A stretch of DNA of 64,000 bases, from positions 1-64,000 of the forward strand of contig CAJUST010000011.1 in the NCBI GenBank assembly GCA_910589105.1. Reading direction: 5' to 3'. The notes below the pieces were generated by a model that saw only the letters and a list, made by a program, of their open reading frames with translations, was not told the origin of the DNA and did not search any database. The position numbers were made by a program, and so were the translations under genes. This DNA comes from an uncultured Lachnospiraceae bacterium. GTDB lineage: Bacteria; Bacillota; Clostridia; Lachnospirales; Lachnospiraceae. Below are positions 45,517 to 55,815 of the stretch, piece after piece (within the stretch, counting starts at the first letter, position 1; each line of letters starts with the position of its first letter).

Positions 45517-46911
45517 ATGGAGAACACAGATAAAAGACCGTTTGGTTTTCGGGATAAACTCGGATATATGTTTGGGGATTTTGGAAATGATTTTACATTC
45601 ATTTTTGCAAGTACGTTTTTAATGGTTTTTTATACAAAAGTATTAGGCATAGAAGCATCTATGGTCGGCGTGTTGTTTTTAGTGGCAAGGTGTGTCGACG
45701 CATTCACGGATATCGGCATGGGGCGTATTGCAGATGCATCTGGTGAAAATCCAAAAGGCAGGTTTAAAGTCTGGATTCTGCGTATGTGCGGTCCGGTTGC
45801 GATTTCAAGTTTTCTGATGTATCAAAGTTCGTTGGCGGATGCATCCATGGGCGTAAAAGTGACTTATATGTTTGTCACTTATCTGCTTTGGGGTTCGGTT
45901 TTTTATACCTCGATTAATATACCTTATGGTTCCATGGCATCCGTTATTTCGGAAAAATCCAAAGACAGGCAGTCGCTTTCTGTCTACCGATCCTTGGGTT
46001 CGACCTTTGCCGCCGTGGCGATTAGCGTGATTGCGCCTTTGTTTATTTACCGTTTAGACAGCAAAGGGAACCAAGTTGTCGTTGGAGAAATGTTTACGCT
46101 TGTATCCGGTATATTTTCCGTTTTGGCAGTTTTATGTTATTTGCTTTGTTATTTCCTTGTGACGGAACGCGTGTCGGTTGGAAAAAAAGCGGCGAAAGCG
46201 GCGCGGACTTCTGTGGCAAAAACGTTATTGCAGGTTTTTTCTAACCGCGCATTACTTGCCGTAATTTTAATTTCAATTCTGACGCTTTGCGCAACAATTA
46301 TGAGCCAATCCATTAGCACATTTTTATTTGCGGATTATTTTAAAAACACGAAAGCGCTCTCTGTCAATAATTTTTTAGGGCTTCCGGCGGCTTTGATTCT
46401 GGCGGTTGTCTCAGGAAAACTTGTCGAGCGTTTTGGGAGAAAAGAATTAACGGCGGCAGGCTGTATTGTGGCTGCGGCGATCTTTTTTTTAGTTTACTTT
46501 TTAAAACTGACGAATGTATGGGCCTATATTGTTTTAAGTTTTATTGCGGGCGTGGGTGGAATGTATTTGTTTAACATGACGATCTGGGCGATGATAACGG
46601 ACGTGATTGACGATCAGGAAGTGCAGACAATGCAAAGAGACGATGGAACGATCTACGGCGTATATTCGTTTGCAAGAAAAGTCGGACAGGCGCTGGCAGG
46701 CGGCTTGGGCGGATTTGCGCTGTCTGCGATTGGATATGATTCTTTAGCCGCCGCGCAGACAGATCCTGTGCGTTGGGGAATTTACAGCCTTTCCACTTTG
46801 TTTCCGGCAGTGATTTATACGGCTGTGGCTCTTGTATTTCTCGTTTTGTATCCGCTGTCAAAAAAGCGTGTGGAAGAAAATACGAAAGAATTGCAAAGAA
46901 GGCGGGCTTAA
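45517..46911 (+). CDS. MFS transporter, glycoside-pentoside-hexuronide (GPH):cation symporter family
   Basis: The ATG at 45517 has RBS ggagg. MENTDKRPFGFRDKLGYMFGDFGNDFTFIFASTFLMVFYTKVLGI is the GPH N-terminal signature. 12 TM helices. Confidence 0.75.
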   Translation: MENTDKRPFGFRDKLGYMFGDFGNDFTFIFASTFLMVFYTKVLGIEASMVGVLFLVARCVDAFTDIGMGRIADASGENPKGRFKVWILRMCGPVAISSFLMYQSSLADASMGVKVTYMFVTYLLWGSVFYTSINIPYGSMASVISEKSKDRQSLSVYRSLGSTFAAVAISVIAPLFIYRLDSKGNQVVVGEMFTLVSGIFSVLAVLCYLLCYFLVTERVSVGKKAAKAARTSVAKTLLQVFSNRALLAVILISILTLCATIMSQSISTFLFADYFKNTKALSVNNFLGLPAALILAVVSGKLVERFGRKELTAAGCIVAAAIFFLVYFLKLTNVWAYIVLSFIAGVGGMYLFNMTIWAMITDVIDDQEVQTMQRDDGTIYGVYSFARKVGQALAGGLGGFALSAIGYDSLAAAQTDPVRWGIYSLSTLFPAVIYTAVALVFLVLYPLSKKRVEENTKELQRRRA

Positions 46912-47003
46912 GTTCACTCGATCCCAAGCGCCAGATCATAATGGATATCGCCTTTTGGCAAATAAGTGGATAAAAGGGGCAAGCTATCTGCATTAAGCAA
47001 AAC

Positions 47004-47034
47004 CGCAGGTATGCGCAACCCGCGGTTTTATAAT
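47004..47034. terminator. Bidirectional terminator between convergent genes
   Basis: Stem aaaccgc / gcggttt with a 14-nt loop, flanked by A/T runs on both sides. Confidence 0.5.
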
Positions 47035-47045
47035 GCTGCGTAACT

Positions 47046-47822
47046 TTAATCTGGATTTAAGATCTTTTCTAGTTCCCCTAACAGCCGGTCTTTTACCGGT
47101 GGTTTTAAAAAATAACCTGCCGGTTTTAGTTTTAAAACGGCTTCTATATTTGCCCGGTCATTGATGGAGGTCAGGAAAACAACGGGAATGCTTTGTAAAT
47201 CCTCGTCTGCCCGAATCATTTCCAAGGTCATTTTTCCATCACAGACAGGCATTTCATAATCCAGCAAAATTAGATCCGGCCGCTTCTTCCCAATGGAAGT
47301 CATCGCCTGCGCGCCTGAAATTGCCAGAGCGACTTCATAATATTCTTCTAACATTTTTTTCATCGTCCGAAGCTGCGCGCCGTTGTCGTCAACGACTAAA
47401 ATTCTTTTTTTGCTGGAAACCTCTGTCCGTTCTTTGGCGGCTTCCTCTTGCGCGTCTTTTTCATTCATATGCAGTTTTCTGCATACGGCTTCCATAATTA
47501 CGGAATGTTCTACCGGACGGATCAGATTTTCAAACTGATTTCCTTCATAGTATTTGAAGAACGTTTTGCTTTCTTCTTTTGTCCCAATCGTCAGGACCGG
47601 AGTATCCGAATATTCGTTGCTTAGTAAGAAAAAGATAGACGTGTCAATATCATATGCGCCAATCAGGCTGATTAATACGAGATCAGGATTTACAATTTTT
47701 AACATTCCTTCCAAAACGCCGGCATTTTCAGAACAAATTTGCACATGGAAATATTTTGATAAAAATTGATTGGTTTCATTGACCACATTGTTTAATTTTC
47801 CGATTAATAAGATTTTTTTCAT
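47046..47822 (-). CDS. Response regulator with tandem receiver domains (pseudo-receiver + CheY-like REC), no output domain
   Basis: RBS aaaggagg. The C-terminal REC has KKRILVVDDNGAQLRTMKKMLEE...DLILLDYEMPVCDG...K. The N-terminal half is REC-like but degenerate. Confidence 0.7.
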   Translation of the reverse strand: MKKILLIGKLNNVVNETNQFLSKYFHVQICSENAGVLEGMLKIVNPDLVLISLIGAYDIDTSIFFLLSNEYSDTPVLTIGTKEESKTFFKYYEGNQFENLIRPVEHSVIMEAVCRKLHMNEKDAQEEAAKERTEVSSKKRILVVDDNGAQLRTMKKMLEEYYEVALAISGAQAMTSIGKKRPDLILLDYEMPVCDGKMTLEMIRADEDLQSIPVVFLTSINDRANIEAVLKLKPAGYFLKPPVKDRLLGELEKILNPD

Positions 47823-47843
47823 GGCGTCCTCCTTTATAGCCTG

Positions 47844-50800
47844 TTACTTTTGCATCTGCCCGATGAGCAGATCTGCAAGGCGGTCTGCTTCGTCTGCGTC
47901 AAGATTTGTCACTGCTTCGGCAAGTGAGCGGATTGTCTGGCTTAGTTCTTCCGGGCATTCATACTCCCGCAATTCGCCCATCAGCTCATCTGCGCGGTCA
48001 ATGTCCATTTCCAGCATACTCTGCCGTATGAGTTCTGTTAGAGCCTGTAATACGGAATAGTCTTCCACTTCTTTTTTTGCCGTAGCGCCTATGCCAAATA
48101 CTCCATGTAATTTTTGCCCATAACTGCGCCATTCTTCCAAAAAAGCGTCTGTCATAGACTGGATTACTTCTATTTTACCATCTCTTGCCGCAGATTCCAA
48201 TAGTTTCGCAACACCGGAAAGCGGCATGATTCCAATTGTTGCCGCTAAACTTTTCATTGCATGGACTAAAATGCGGTATTGGTTTCGCTGTTCCGGTTCC
48301 CTGATCCGCTGGTATGCCTTTGCCAAATTGTCTGCCGCAAAATCAATTTGTCCATAAAACTCTTTGACTGTAAAAGCAAGCAGTTCTGGGTCTGGCAAAT
48401 GCATCCATGCGTATTGCCAGTCTAAACCGTCGATGTCTGGGAGCGTTTCCAAAAAATCGGAAGGATTGTCTTGCTGTCGGGGTTGTAAAAATGCCGCATC
48501 CGGAGAGCTTTTCGCTTCTTGAACCAATTCTTCCGGCAGCATCCGCTTTATCATTACCTCTAGTTTTTCCGGAGCAATCGGTTTCGACAAAAAATCGTCA
48601 AATCCTTCTGCCAGATATTTTTCTTTTGCGCCTGAAACCGCATTGGCGGTCAATACAACAATAGGCGTATTTTTGCAAGGGGACTCCTTGCGTTCTTTCA
48701 AATGGTGGAGCGTTTCAATGCCGTCCATCTCCGGCATCATATGGTCAAGGAAAATCAAATCGTAGTGATTTTGGAACGCAAGCTCTAAACAGGCCGCGCC
48801 GCCATCGGCGTCCGTCACTTGGATTTGCGTTTCTTTTAACAGACTCCGCAGGACTTTGCGGTTGACGGCATTGTCATCGACTACTAGTATTTTCGCATCT
48901 GGAGCGCAGAATTTTGTATTATAATTGTAATTTTCTGCAATTTGGTGGACTCTGGATTCAAAATCCCCAATCGGCGTATCGTCAACGATTTTCTGTTCTA
49001 GCTCAAAATAGAATTTCGAGCCTTTGCCATATTCGCTTTCCACCTGCAGCCGGCTGCCAAGCAGTTCTAAAAGCTGGATTGTAATATTTATGCCAAGTCC
49101 GGTGCCTTCTATATTGCGGTTTCGGTCTTCTTCAATCCGTTCAAATTCCGCGGAAAGCTTGGGCAGATCCTCTTTTTTAATCCCAATTCCGGTGTCCTCT
49201 ACTTCAAAAGTAAGCGCCGCTGTGTCCTTCTTCCTTTGGTATGAAATCCGAAGCCATACAGAGCCTTCATGCGTATATTTAACGGCATTAGTCAGGATAT
49301 TCGTCAGAACCTGCCGGATACGCACGTCATCGCCAAATAGACGGGCAGGGATTTCGTGGCTGGCTTCCACTTCCACTTTGATGTTTTTCGCTTTTGCCCG
49401 CTGGATTGTCATATTTGCAAGGTCATGAATTAAGCTGCTTACGTCATATTCGACCGGAACAATTTCCATTTTGCCGGATTCTATTTTGGAAAAATCTAAT
49501 ATATCGTTTATCAGAGAAAGAAGCGTCTGACCCGCCATATAAATGTCCATCGCGTATTCTTTAATCTGCGGTTCATTGGATTCCCGCAGAATCATTTCGT
49601 CCATGCCAAGAACGGCATTGATTGGCGTGCGGATTTCATGGGACATATGCGCCAGAAATTTTCCCTTCGCTTCATTTGCCGCTAAAGCTTCATGTCTCGC
49701 CGCATCCGCATCTTGTTTGGCAAGCGCTAACAGTGTGTTCTGATATTCCGCCGCCTTTACTTTTTCCTCTAAAAGAAGGGCTGTTTCTTCTGCCTTTGCG
49801 CGGTATTCTTTTGAAATCTGCAAGGTGTGCATAAGCGCCATCATAATGCAGAACACGACCATGCTGTACTGGCCGGCCGTATTGCCGCGGACCTGATCAA
49901 GCATCTGGTTTAATATTACATTGGCAATTCCGCCCGCCAAAAGCGCAAGCATAGACAAAATACAGAGTAAAGCCTGATACGTTTTGTTTTTGTAATCGTA
50001 CTGAATTAAGCTTACGATGGCGGTTATGCAGACAATGCCTAAAACGGCGGCGGAAATATTCATCATATTTTCCAGTCGCTGTATCCCCAAAAGCTGAAGC
50101 AGTATTTGTATGACGGTATGGAGGACTACAAACCAAAGAAGCGTGAAAAAACGGCGCGGAAACACCGTATGCAAGTTCCGTTCAAAATAGAGTGAAAGAA
50201 ACAGAGGGATTAACAGGGTTAAATACTCCTGCATTTCATACGCTTCCTGTATATTATAAAATATGTTTAACGTGTCTGTGCCAATAAAACAATAAATTCC
50301 GGCGGAAAGACAGGCAAGCCCTAAAAATAGTTCTCCGCGCGCCGGCTGTTTGGTATACAGCCGGATCAGGGCAAGCACAAATAGAATAATCGACATAATG
50401 ACAATTAAAATACAGCATCCAATATCGGCAATGCTGCTTCCGACAACTCCAATGACAACCATATCGCGTGATTCCACTTTGACGTTGTCTAGTGAAACTG
50501 CCATATTTGGCGAAAGAGGCGTAAGCGTAATTAAAATTTCCCCATCAATCAATATATTTGGAAGCTCTACGAAGTTTTCATTGTGTTCTGGCGTCTTTTT
50601 GGGCGTATAATTTTCCTGTTGGCTATTTTGAAAGATAACTTCTCCATTTACTATAATGGATATGTCAGCATTAGTATAAGAAAAGCTTAATGTCTGCCTT
50701 GCATAGTCGAAAGGAACCGTATTTTGTAAGACAATGATGTCTCCGGCGCCTGCCATGCCGGTAAACGGCAAATCCACTTTCTGGCAGTTCTCGTCTGCCA

Positions 50801-51032
50801 ATGTGGTTTTTGCCTGTTCTAAAATTTGGGCGAAACGCGTTGGAATGGCCGGGTTAATTCCGTCACAGTCTGGCAATGCCATCTTCCAGTTTTTATCAAA
50901 GGAAACTTCCAACTGATCCGGAAGTATAGTTGCGCTATCCTCGCTTTGAAATTGAAATAACGCAAGCACCATAAAGGCTAGCGTCAAAAAAACAGAGATT
51001 CCCGCTATTTTTCTTAAATGTAAATGTTTCAT
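47844..51032 (-). CDS. Hybrid sensor histidine kinase: N-terminal extracellular domain + 7TM (7TMR-DISM-like) + HisKA + HATPase + REC + HPt
   Basis: Signal/TM at the N-terminus and about 7 TM helices (res ~200-400). H-box AHMSHEIRTPINAVLGM. HATPase G-boxes. REC with KILVVDDNAVNRKVL...DLIFLDHMMPEMDG. The C-terminal HPt has LVHAMKSLAATIG. The gene is 21 nt upstream of the response regulator gene. Confidence 0.8.
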   Translation of the reverse strand: MKHLHLRKIAGISVFLTLAFMVLALFQFQSEDSATILPDQLEVSFDKNWKMALPDCDGINPAIPTRFAQILEQAKTTLADENCQKVDLPFTGMAGAGDIIVLQNTVPFDYARQTLSFSYTNADISIIVNGEVIFQNSQQENYTPKKTPEHNENFVELPNILIDGEILITLTPLSPNMAVSLDNVKVESRDMVVIGVVGSSIADIGCCILIVIMSIILFVLALIRLYTKQPARGELFLGLACLSAGIYCFIGTDTLNIFYNIQEAYEMQEYLTLLIPLFLSLYFERNLHTVFPRRFFTLLWFVVLHTVIQILLQLLGIQRLENMMNISAAVLGIVCITAIVSLIQYDYKNKTYQALLCILSMLALLAGGIANVILNQMLDQVRGNTAGQYSMVVFCIMMALMHTLQISKEYRAKAEETALLLEEKVKAAEYQNTLLALAKQDADAARHEALAANEAKGKFLAHMSHEIRTPINAVLGMDEMILRESNEPQIKEYAMDIYMAGQTLLSLINDILDFSKIESGKMEIVPVEYDVSSLIHDLANMTIQRAKAKNIKVEVEASHEIPARLFGDDVRIRQVLTNILTNAVKYTHEGSVWLRISYQRKKDTAALTFEVEDTGIGIKKEDLPKLSAEFERIEEDRNRNIEGTGLGINITIQLLELLGSRLQVESEYGKGSKFYFELEQKIVDDTPIGDFESRVHQIAENYNYNTKFCAPDAKILVVDDNAVNRKVLRSLLKETQIQVTDADGGAACLELAFQNHYDLIFLDHMMPEMDGIETLHHLKERKESPCKNTPIVVLTANAVSGAKEKYLAEGFDDFLSKPIAPEKLEVMIKRMLPEELVQEAKSSPDAAFLQPRQQDNPSDFLETLPDIDGLDWQYAWMHLPDPELLAFTVKEFYGQIDFAADNLAKAYQRIREPEQRNQYRILVHAMKSLAATIGIMPLSGVAKLLESAARDGKIEVIQSMTDAFLEEWRSYGQKLHGVFGIGATAKKEVEDYSVLQALTELIRQSMLEMDIDRADELMGELREYECPEELSQTIRSLAEAVTNLDADEADRLADLLIGQMQK

Positions 51033-51310
51033 TCCATTCTCCGCCTTGTTTTGTAAAGATTGATCCTATGATATGTATTAAGCTGTGTTTTCCAATAAGG
51101 TCATTTCTTTTATCTTAGCGCAAGATTTATAAAACGTAAATGAATTTTGAGAATTTCAAAAGCCGCGTCCGCGCCGCAAAAGGATTTACAGGGGGATATA
51201 AAAGAAAGAGATTGATTTTCAAAATTGATTTCTTCTATTTTATGTGATAAACTAATTGCGGAAATTGCATAAAATAATATTGTTAGAAGCTTATTTTAAG
51301 AGGGTTACAC

Positions 51311-53935
51311 ATGAAAGAAAAAAGTAAGGATATGGGTAAAAAGAAAAAAATCTTAAGGGAAGGCTCGGTTGTGGCGATTTTTATGGCGATACTGATCCTT
51401 GCAGTGGCTTTTAGGAATTATTTTTCATTTCTTGAAAAACAGTTATTTGAGGAACGTAGAAGCCATATCGTGGAATTTACGGATAAAGCGGCTGAAATTG
51501 TAGACAGTGTCATTGAATATTCATGGCAGCAGGTGTACGCATGTGAACACGTTATGAAAACACGGAAAATTAATTCCGAGGAGAAACTGCTTGAAGCGCT
51601 TGTGTCGACGGCGGATTTTATAGATTCGCAAAATTCCCTTGTGCTGGCGATAGATCAAAGCGCAAATTACTATGCATCGGATGCTGCAAAAGGAAGATTT
51701 TCGCAAACGGAATTTCTGACGGAGGAATCAGGCGATTCCCAGCAGATTGTGACGGAAATTCCGCATAAAAATGGAAATACATATTTTGTGTGCATGGAAC
51801 GCTTAAAAGAGCCTATTATGTTTACGGCCGGCAAAAAGATTACACATTTGGCAGTTGCAGTGGATATTGACGTAATGAGGGATAGAAGCGCCGTGAAGGG
51901 GTATGGGGATTTGTGCTATACCTATTTGGTGAATGATGATGGCAGAAGGCTTTACAAATATACTTATGCCAATAACTTTATTGAAGGATACAATATTTTA
52001 AATGCTTTAGAGAATGTTGACATTCGAAACGGCGGGACGTATCAGGGATTTGTGCGGGAGTTAGAAAAAGGGGAAAGCCCGGCTCTGGAATTTACGTTTA
52101 TTGATCCAGATGGAAAGAAGCGGAACTGGTTTGTGGCGGGTTCTGCCATTACGTCAAAAAACTGGCATATCCTTCTGTTTGTGCCGACGGAAGTGCTTGG
52201 GGCGAATTCGAATCTGCTTTTAAAGAATACAATCAGATTTTTTGGGATTGTGTCGGTTGTTTTTTTGGCGCTGGCGGCTGTTATTATCGTAATTACTACG
52301 TTGTCAAGGGCGGATAAACGTCTTGTCAGGCAAAAAGACGAGGCAAATCAGCTTCTAAAAACTGCGGTAGAGGAAGCGAACAGCGCAAATCAGGCGAAAA
52401 GCGATTTTCTCTCTCATATGAGCCATGATATCCGGACGCCGATTAACGGCATTATGGGAATGACGGATATTGCGTTAAAAAATATAGGCAATGAAAAGAA
52501 AGTGTTAGACTGCCTAAAGAAAATCAGCGGTTCTTCCCAGCATCTGCTTGGGCTGATCAATGACGTTTTAGATATGAGCCGGATTGAATCAGGCAAGACG
52601 AAATTAAACCATGAGAAATTTGATCTGCGCGTTTGCATTGACAACTGTATTTCGATCATTGGCGGTCAGATGGCGACAAGAGATATGGAAATGGTTCGTA
52701 TGATTGAACCGTTTGAGCATCCGTTTTTAATTGGCGATGAATTGCATTTGCGTCAGATATTTATTAATATTCTGGGAAATTCCGTAAAATTTACGCCAGA
52801 TGGCGGCAAGCTGTATTTTCGGGCAAGGGAAAAGAAGGCGGAAAACGGCAGGGCGCTGTTCCGGTTTGAACTGGCGGATACGGGAATTGGCATGAAAGAA
52901 GACTTTTTGCCGCATATTTTTGATGCGTTTTCACAGGAAGACGGCGGGACGCGCACGACGTATAAAGGCACAGGTCTTGGAATGGCAATTACGAAAAAGT
53001 TTGTGGATTTGATGGACGGACAGATAGAAGTAAAAAGCAAGCTGAATATGGGTACGGAATTTCAGATTGAAGTCTGGATTGATATTGATTCAGAAGCAAA
53101 AGAAGATGAATTGCAGGCGGATTTCCATATTGATTTTACAGGAATGAAGGTTCTTTTGGTAGAGGATATTGAACTGAATATGGAGATTGCCCAGTGTATC
53201 TTAGAAGATGAAGGGGCAGTGGTCACTCCGGTTATGAATGGGCGGGAAGCAGTGGATGCGTTTGAGAAAAACCCGGAAGGGACATTTGACGTTATTATTA
53301 TGGATATTATGATGCCGGTGATGGACGGCATAACCGCGGCGAAAACTATTCGTGGATTAGACCGTCCGGATGCAAAGACGATTCCGATTTTGGCGATGAC
53401 GGCGAATGCGTATGAAGAAGACGTCAGAAAAACGCATGAAGCGGGAATGAATGCGCATTTGTCGAAACCGATTGACGTAGATATGCTGTTTAAGACATTG
53501 GCGGACGTTTACTTCCCGGAAAAGAAAACGCCAAGTTCAAAGGCTCTTTCTGGCATGAAAGTTCTTTTGGCAGACGATGTGGATTTGAATTTGGAAATTG
53601 CGAAAGCGATGTTAGAAGAATGGGACGTAGAAGTGACGACGGCGGAAAATGGGCGGGAAGCAGTGGATTTATTTGAAAAAAGCCCAAAAGGCGGATTTGA
53701 TGCGATACTGATGGATGTGCATATGCCAGTGATGGATGGCATTGCCGCAGTAAAAACGATCCGTTCTATGGAACGCGCGGATGCAGTTACAATACCGATT
53801 TTTGCGATGACGGCGGATATTTATGAGGAGGATATTAAGGCAGTTCATGAAGCCGGAATGAATGGGCATTTAGAGAAACCATTAATTGCGGAAGAAATCA
53901 TACGAAATCTTTCCGCAGTCTATAAACCTTCTTAA
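51311..53935 (+). CDS. Hybrid sensor histidine kinase: TM + periplasmic Cache-like sensor + TM + HisKA + HATPase + two REC domains
   Basis: H-box SHMSHDIRTPINGIMGM. HATPase. Two receivers (KVLLVEDIELNMEIA...DVIIMDIMMPVMDG and KVLLADDVDLNLEIA...DAILMDVHMPVMDG). Confidence 0.8.
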   Translation: MKEKSKDMGKKKKILREGSVVAIFMAILILAVAFRNYFSFLEKQLFEERRSHIVEFTDKAAEIVDSVIEYSWQQVYACEHVMKTRKINSEEKLLEALVSTADFIDSQNSLVLAIDQSANYYASDAAKGRFSQTEFLTEESGDSQQIVTEIPHKNGNTYFVCMERLKEPIMFTAGKKITHLAVAVDIDVMRDRSAVKGYGDLCYTYLVNDDGRRLYKYTYANNFIEGYNILNALENVDIRNGGTYQGFVRELEKGESPALEFTFIDPDGKKRNWFVAGSAITSKNWHILLFVPTEVLGANSNLLLKNTIRFFGIVSVVFLALAAVIIVITTLSRADKRLVRQKDEANQLLKTAVEEANSANQAKSDFLSHMSHDIRTPINGIMGMTDIALKNIGNEKKVLDCLKKISGSSQHLLGLINDVLDMSRIESGKTKLNHEKFDLRVCIDNCISIIGGQMATRDMEMVRMIEPFEHPFLIGDELHLRQIFINILGNSVKFTPDGGKLYFRAREKKAENGRALFRFELADTGIGMKEDFLPHIFDAFSQEDGGTRTTYKGTGLGMAITKKFVDLMDGQIEVKSKLNMGTEFQIEVWIDIDSEAKEDELQADFHIDFTGMKVLLVEDIELNMEIAQCILEDEGAVVTPVMNGREAVDAFEKNPEGTFDVIIMDIMMPVMDGITAAKTIRGLDRPDAKTIPILAMTANAYEEDVRKTHEAGMNAHLSKPIDVDMLFKTLADVYFPEKKTPSSKALSGMKVLLADDVDLNLEIAKAMLEEWDVEVTTAENGREAVDLFEKSPKGGFDAILMDVHMPVMDGIAAVKTIRSMERADAVTIPIFAMTADIYEEDIKAVHEAGMNGHLEKPLIAEEIIRNLSAVYKPS

Positions 53936-53963
53936 AAGCTATAGTTTAAAAGGAGGAGTTAAA

Positions 53964-55760
53964 GTGAAGAAAAAAATTTTAACGCTTTTAACGGGAGTTT
54001 TATGTTTATCGACTTGTTTTGCCGGATGTGGATCTGATCAGGCAAAACAAATTCAGAAAAGTTCTGATAAAACAGAAGATGACGGAGCAAAACGGCAAAC
54101 GCATGAGGCGGTGACGATCAGCAGTTTTAACAAGCTGGTAAAAAAAGAATTTCTCGATGCGTTCCATCAGGTGTACCCAGAGGTGGAATTAGACGTGCAA
54201 AGCTATTCGGGCATGAATGGAAGCAGTTATTCAAGGCTTACTTTAGAAAATGGGGACATTCCGGATATTTATGTAACAACGCAGAATTTTAGTAAAGAAT
54301 CGCAGGAAAAGTATCTTGTGGATTTGTCTAATTATGACTTTATTAACCAGTATTCCAATACGATTTTAGATTCACTTGACGTAAATGGAAGCATTTATTT
54401 GATTCCTTCCGGATACCAGTTGATGGGAATTTATTATAATAAGACGATTCTCGATGAAAATGGCTGGAAGGTTCCAAACAGCTTTCAGGAACTTTCTGCG
54501 CTTGATAAAGAAATTCAGGCGGCGGGCTATCGGACGATGGGGAATGCTATGTCATTGGACGGCTATCCGTTTAACTATTTTTTCAATTTAGGAAATACAC
54601 AATATTTCGGTACGCCTGAAGGAACGGCATGGAAAGCCGGTTTTCCGGACGGAAAAGAGAAAGCGGCAGGAAATGAAGGTTTGAAAATGTGTGTGGAGTA
54701 TTTTAATAAATGGGTGGAGGAAGGCTTTATAAGCGGAGAACATATGCCGCTTGAGCAGTTTATGGAAGGCGGCTGTGTGTTTTATCTCTGTTTGGGTATC
54801 AGTGAATATGAGCATACGGCAGAAAACGGAAAGACGTATCAGTTTGGGACAATGCCATGGTTAAGCGACGATGGAAGCAATAATATGGTGACGAGAAATG
54901 TGTCGGGCTATATGGGGATTCATAAGACGTTGGAAGAAGATGGCAATGAACAGAAATTAGAAGATGCGTTAAAAGTGTTTCAGTTTATATCCACGGCAGA
55001 GGGGCAGCGGGCTTTAATGTCGGGCAGCAGCCAGTATATGTCTTCCTTAAATGAAGCAAGTCTGGAAGAAGACAGCCCGTATCAGGAATTACAGACTTTC
55101 GTAAATGAAGGCCGTACAGTCCCGATGTTATATGTAGGCTGGGAGGATCTGATTATACCAATTGCGCAAGATATTAAATTGCTGATAGAAGGAAAAATAG
55201 ATGCTGGAGAGCTGTCAGGCTATTTTGATGAGACGAACGAAGCGTTGCGGAAGGGATCTTCAGAAGATGTGTACGCGATACTTCAGGAAGAACTGACATT
55301 AGAAGAAACGGCGCGTTTGATTGCTATTGCAGAGGGAATGGCGGTGGATGCGGATTGCGCGATGATTTCCCTGAATCAATACCACGGAGACAATAAATCG
55401 AACAATCAGGGGTTAGGCTGGAAGTTCTATCAGGGAGAACTGACATTAGATTTGATCAATATTGTCTGTCCAAGATCGGATACGATTTCGGTTTTAGAGA
55501 TGACAGGGGCGGAAATTAAAAAAATGCAGCAGGAGGGGTTTGACTTAGACGGAAACGGGAATCCTTACGAATATCTGTTATTTACAAAAGACGGGGAATT
55601 GTCGGATCACACTGTTTATAAACTTGCAGTTTCCACAGGCGAGCTCACGGAGGAAATGCAGAAAAAGGCGAAAGAGACAAAACATTCTCCTAAAGAAGCG
55701 ATTGGGCAATATCTGCGGAAGTTGAAAACTGTCAATTCAGAGAAAATTTGTTGGGATTGA
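53964..55760 (+). CDS. Extracellular solute-binding lipoprotein (ABC-type sugar-binding, family 1) with no adjacent permease genes
   Basis: GTG start at 53964 is 8 nt after aggagg. Lipoprotein signal VKKKILTLLTGVLCLSTCFAGCGS. SBP_bac_1-like length, about 600 aa. It directly follows the hybrid kinase gene. Confidence 0.65.
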   Translation: MKKKILTLLTGVLCLSTCFAGCGSDQAKQIQKSSDKTEDDGAKRQTHEAVTISSFNKLVKKEFLDAFHQVYPEVELDVQSYSGMNGSSYSRLTLENGDIPDIYVTTQNFSKESQEKYLVDLSNYDFINQYSNTILDSLDVNGSIYLIPSGYQLMGIYYNKTILDENGWKVPNSFQELSALDKEIQAAGYRTMGNAMSLDGYPFNYFFNLGNTQYFGTPEGTAWKAGFPDGKEKAAGNEGLKMCVEYFNKWVEEGFISGEHMPLEQFMEGGCVFYLCLGISEYEHTAENGKTYQFGTMPWLSDDGSNNMVTRNVSGYMGIHKTLEEDGNEQKLEDALKVFQFISTAEGQRALMSGSSQYMSSLNEASLEEDSPYQELQTFVNEGRTVPMLYVGWEDLIIPIAQDIKLLIEGKIDAGELSGYFDETNEALRKGSSEDVYAILQEELTLEETARLIAIAEGMAVDADCAMISLNQYHGDNKSNNQGLGWKFYQGELTLDLINIVCPRSDTISVLEMTGAEIKKMQQEGFDLDGNGNPYEYLLFTKDGELSDHTVYKLAVSTGELTEEMQKKAKETKHSPKEAIGQYLRKLKTVNSEKICWD

Positions 55761-55772
55761 AACGATAAAAAG

Positions 55773-55810
55773 AAGAAGAAAGAGGACGCTGTGCATTGCG
55801 TCCTCTTTCT
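55773..55810. terminator. Bidirectional Rho-independent terminator between convergent genes
   Basis: Stem aagaggacgc / gcgtcctctt (10 bp), loop tgtgcatt, flanked by A/T runs. Confidence 0.7.
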
Positions 55811-55815
55811 TGTTG

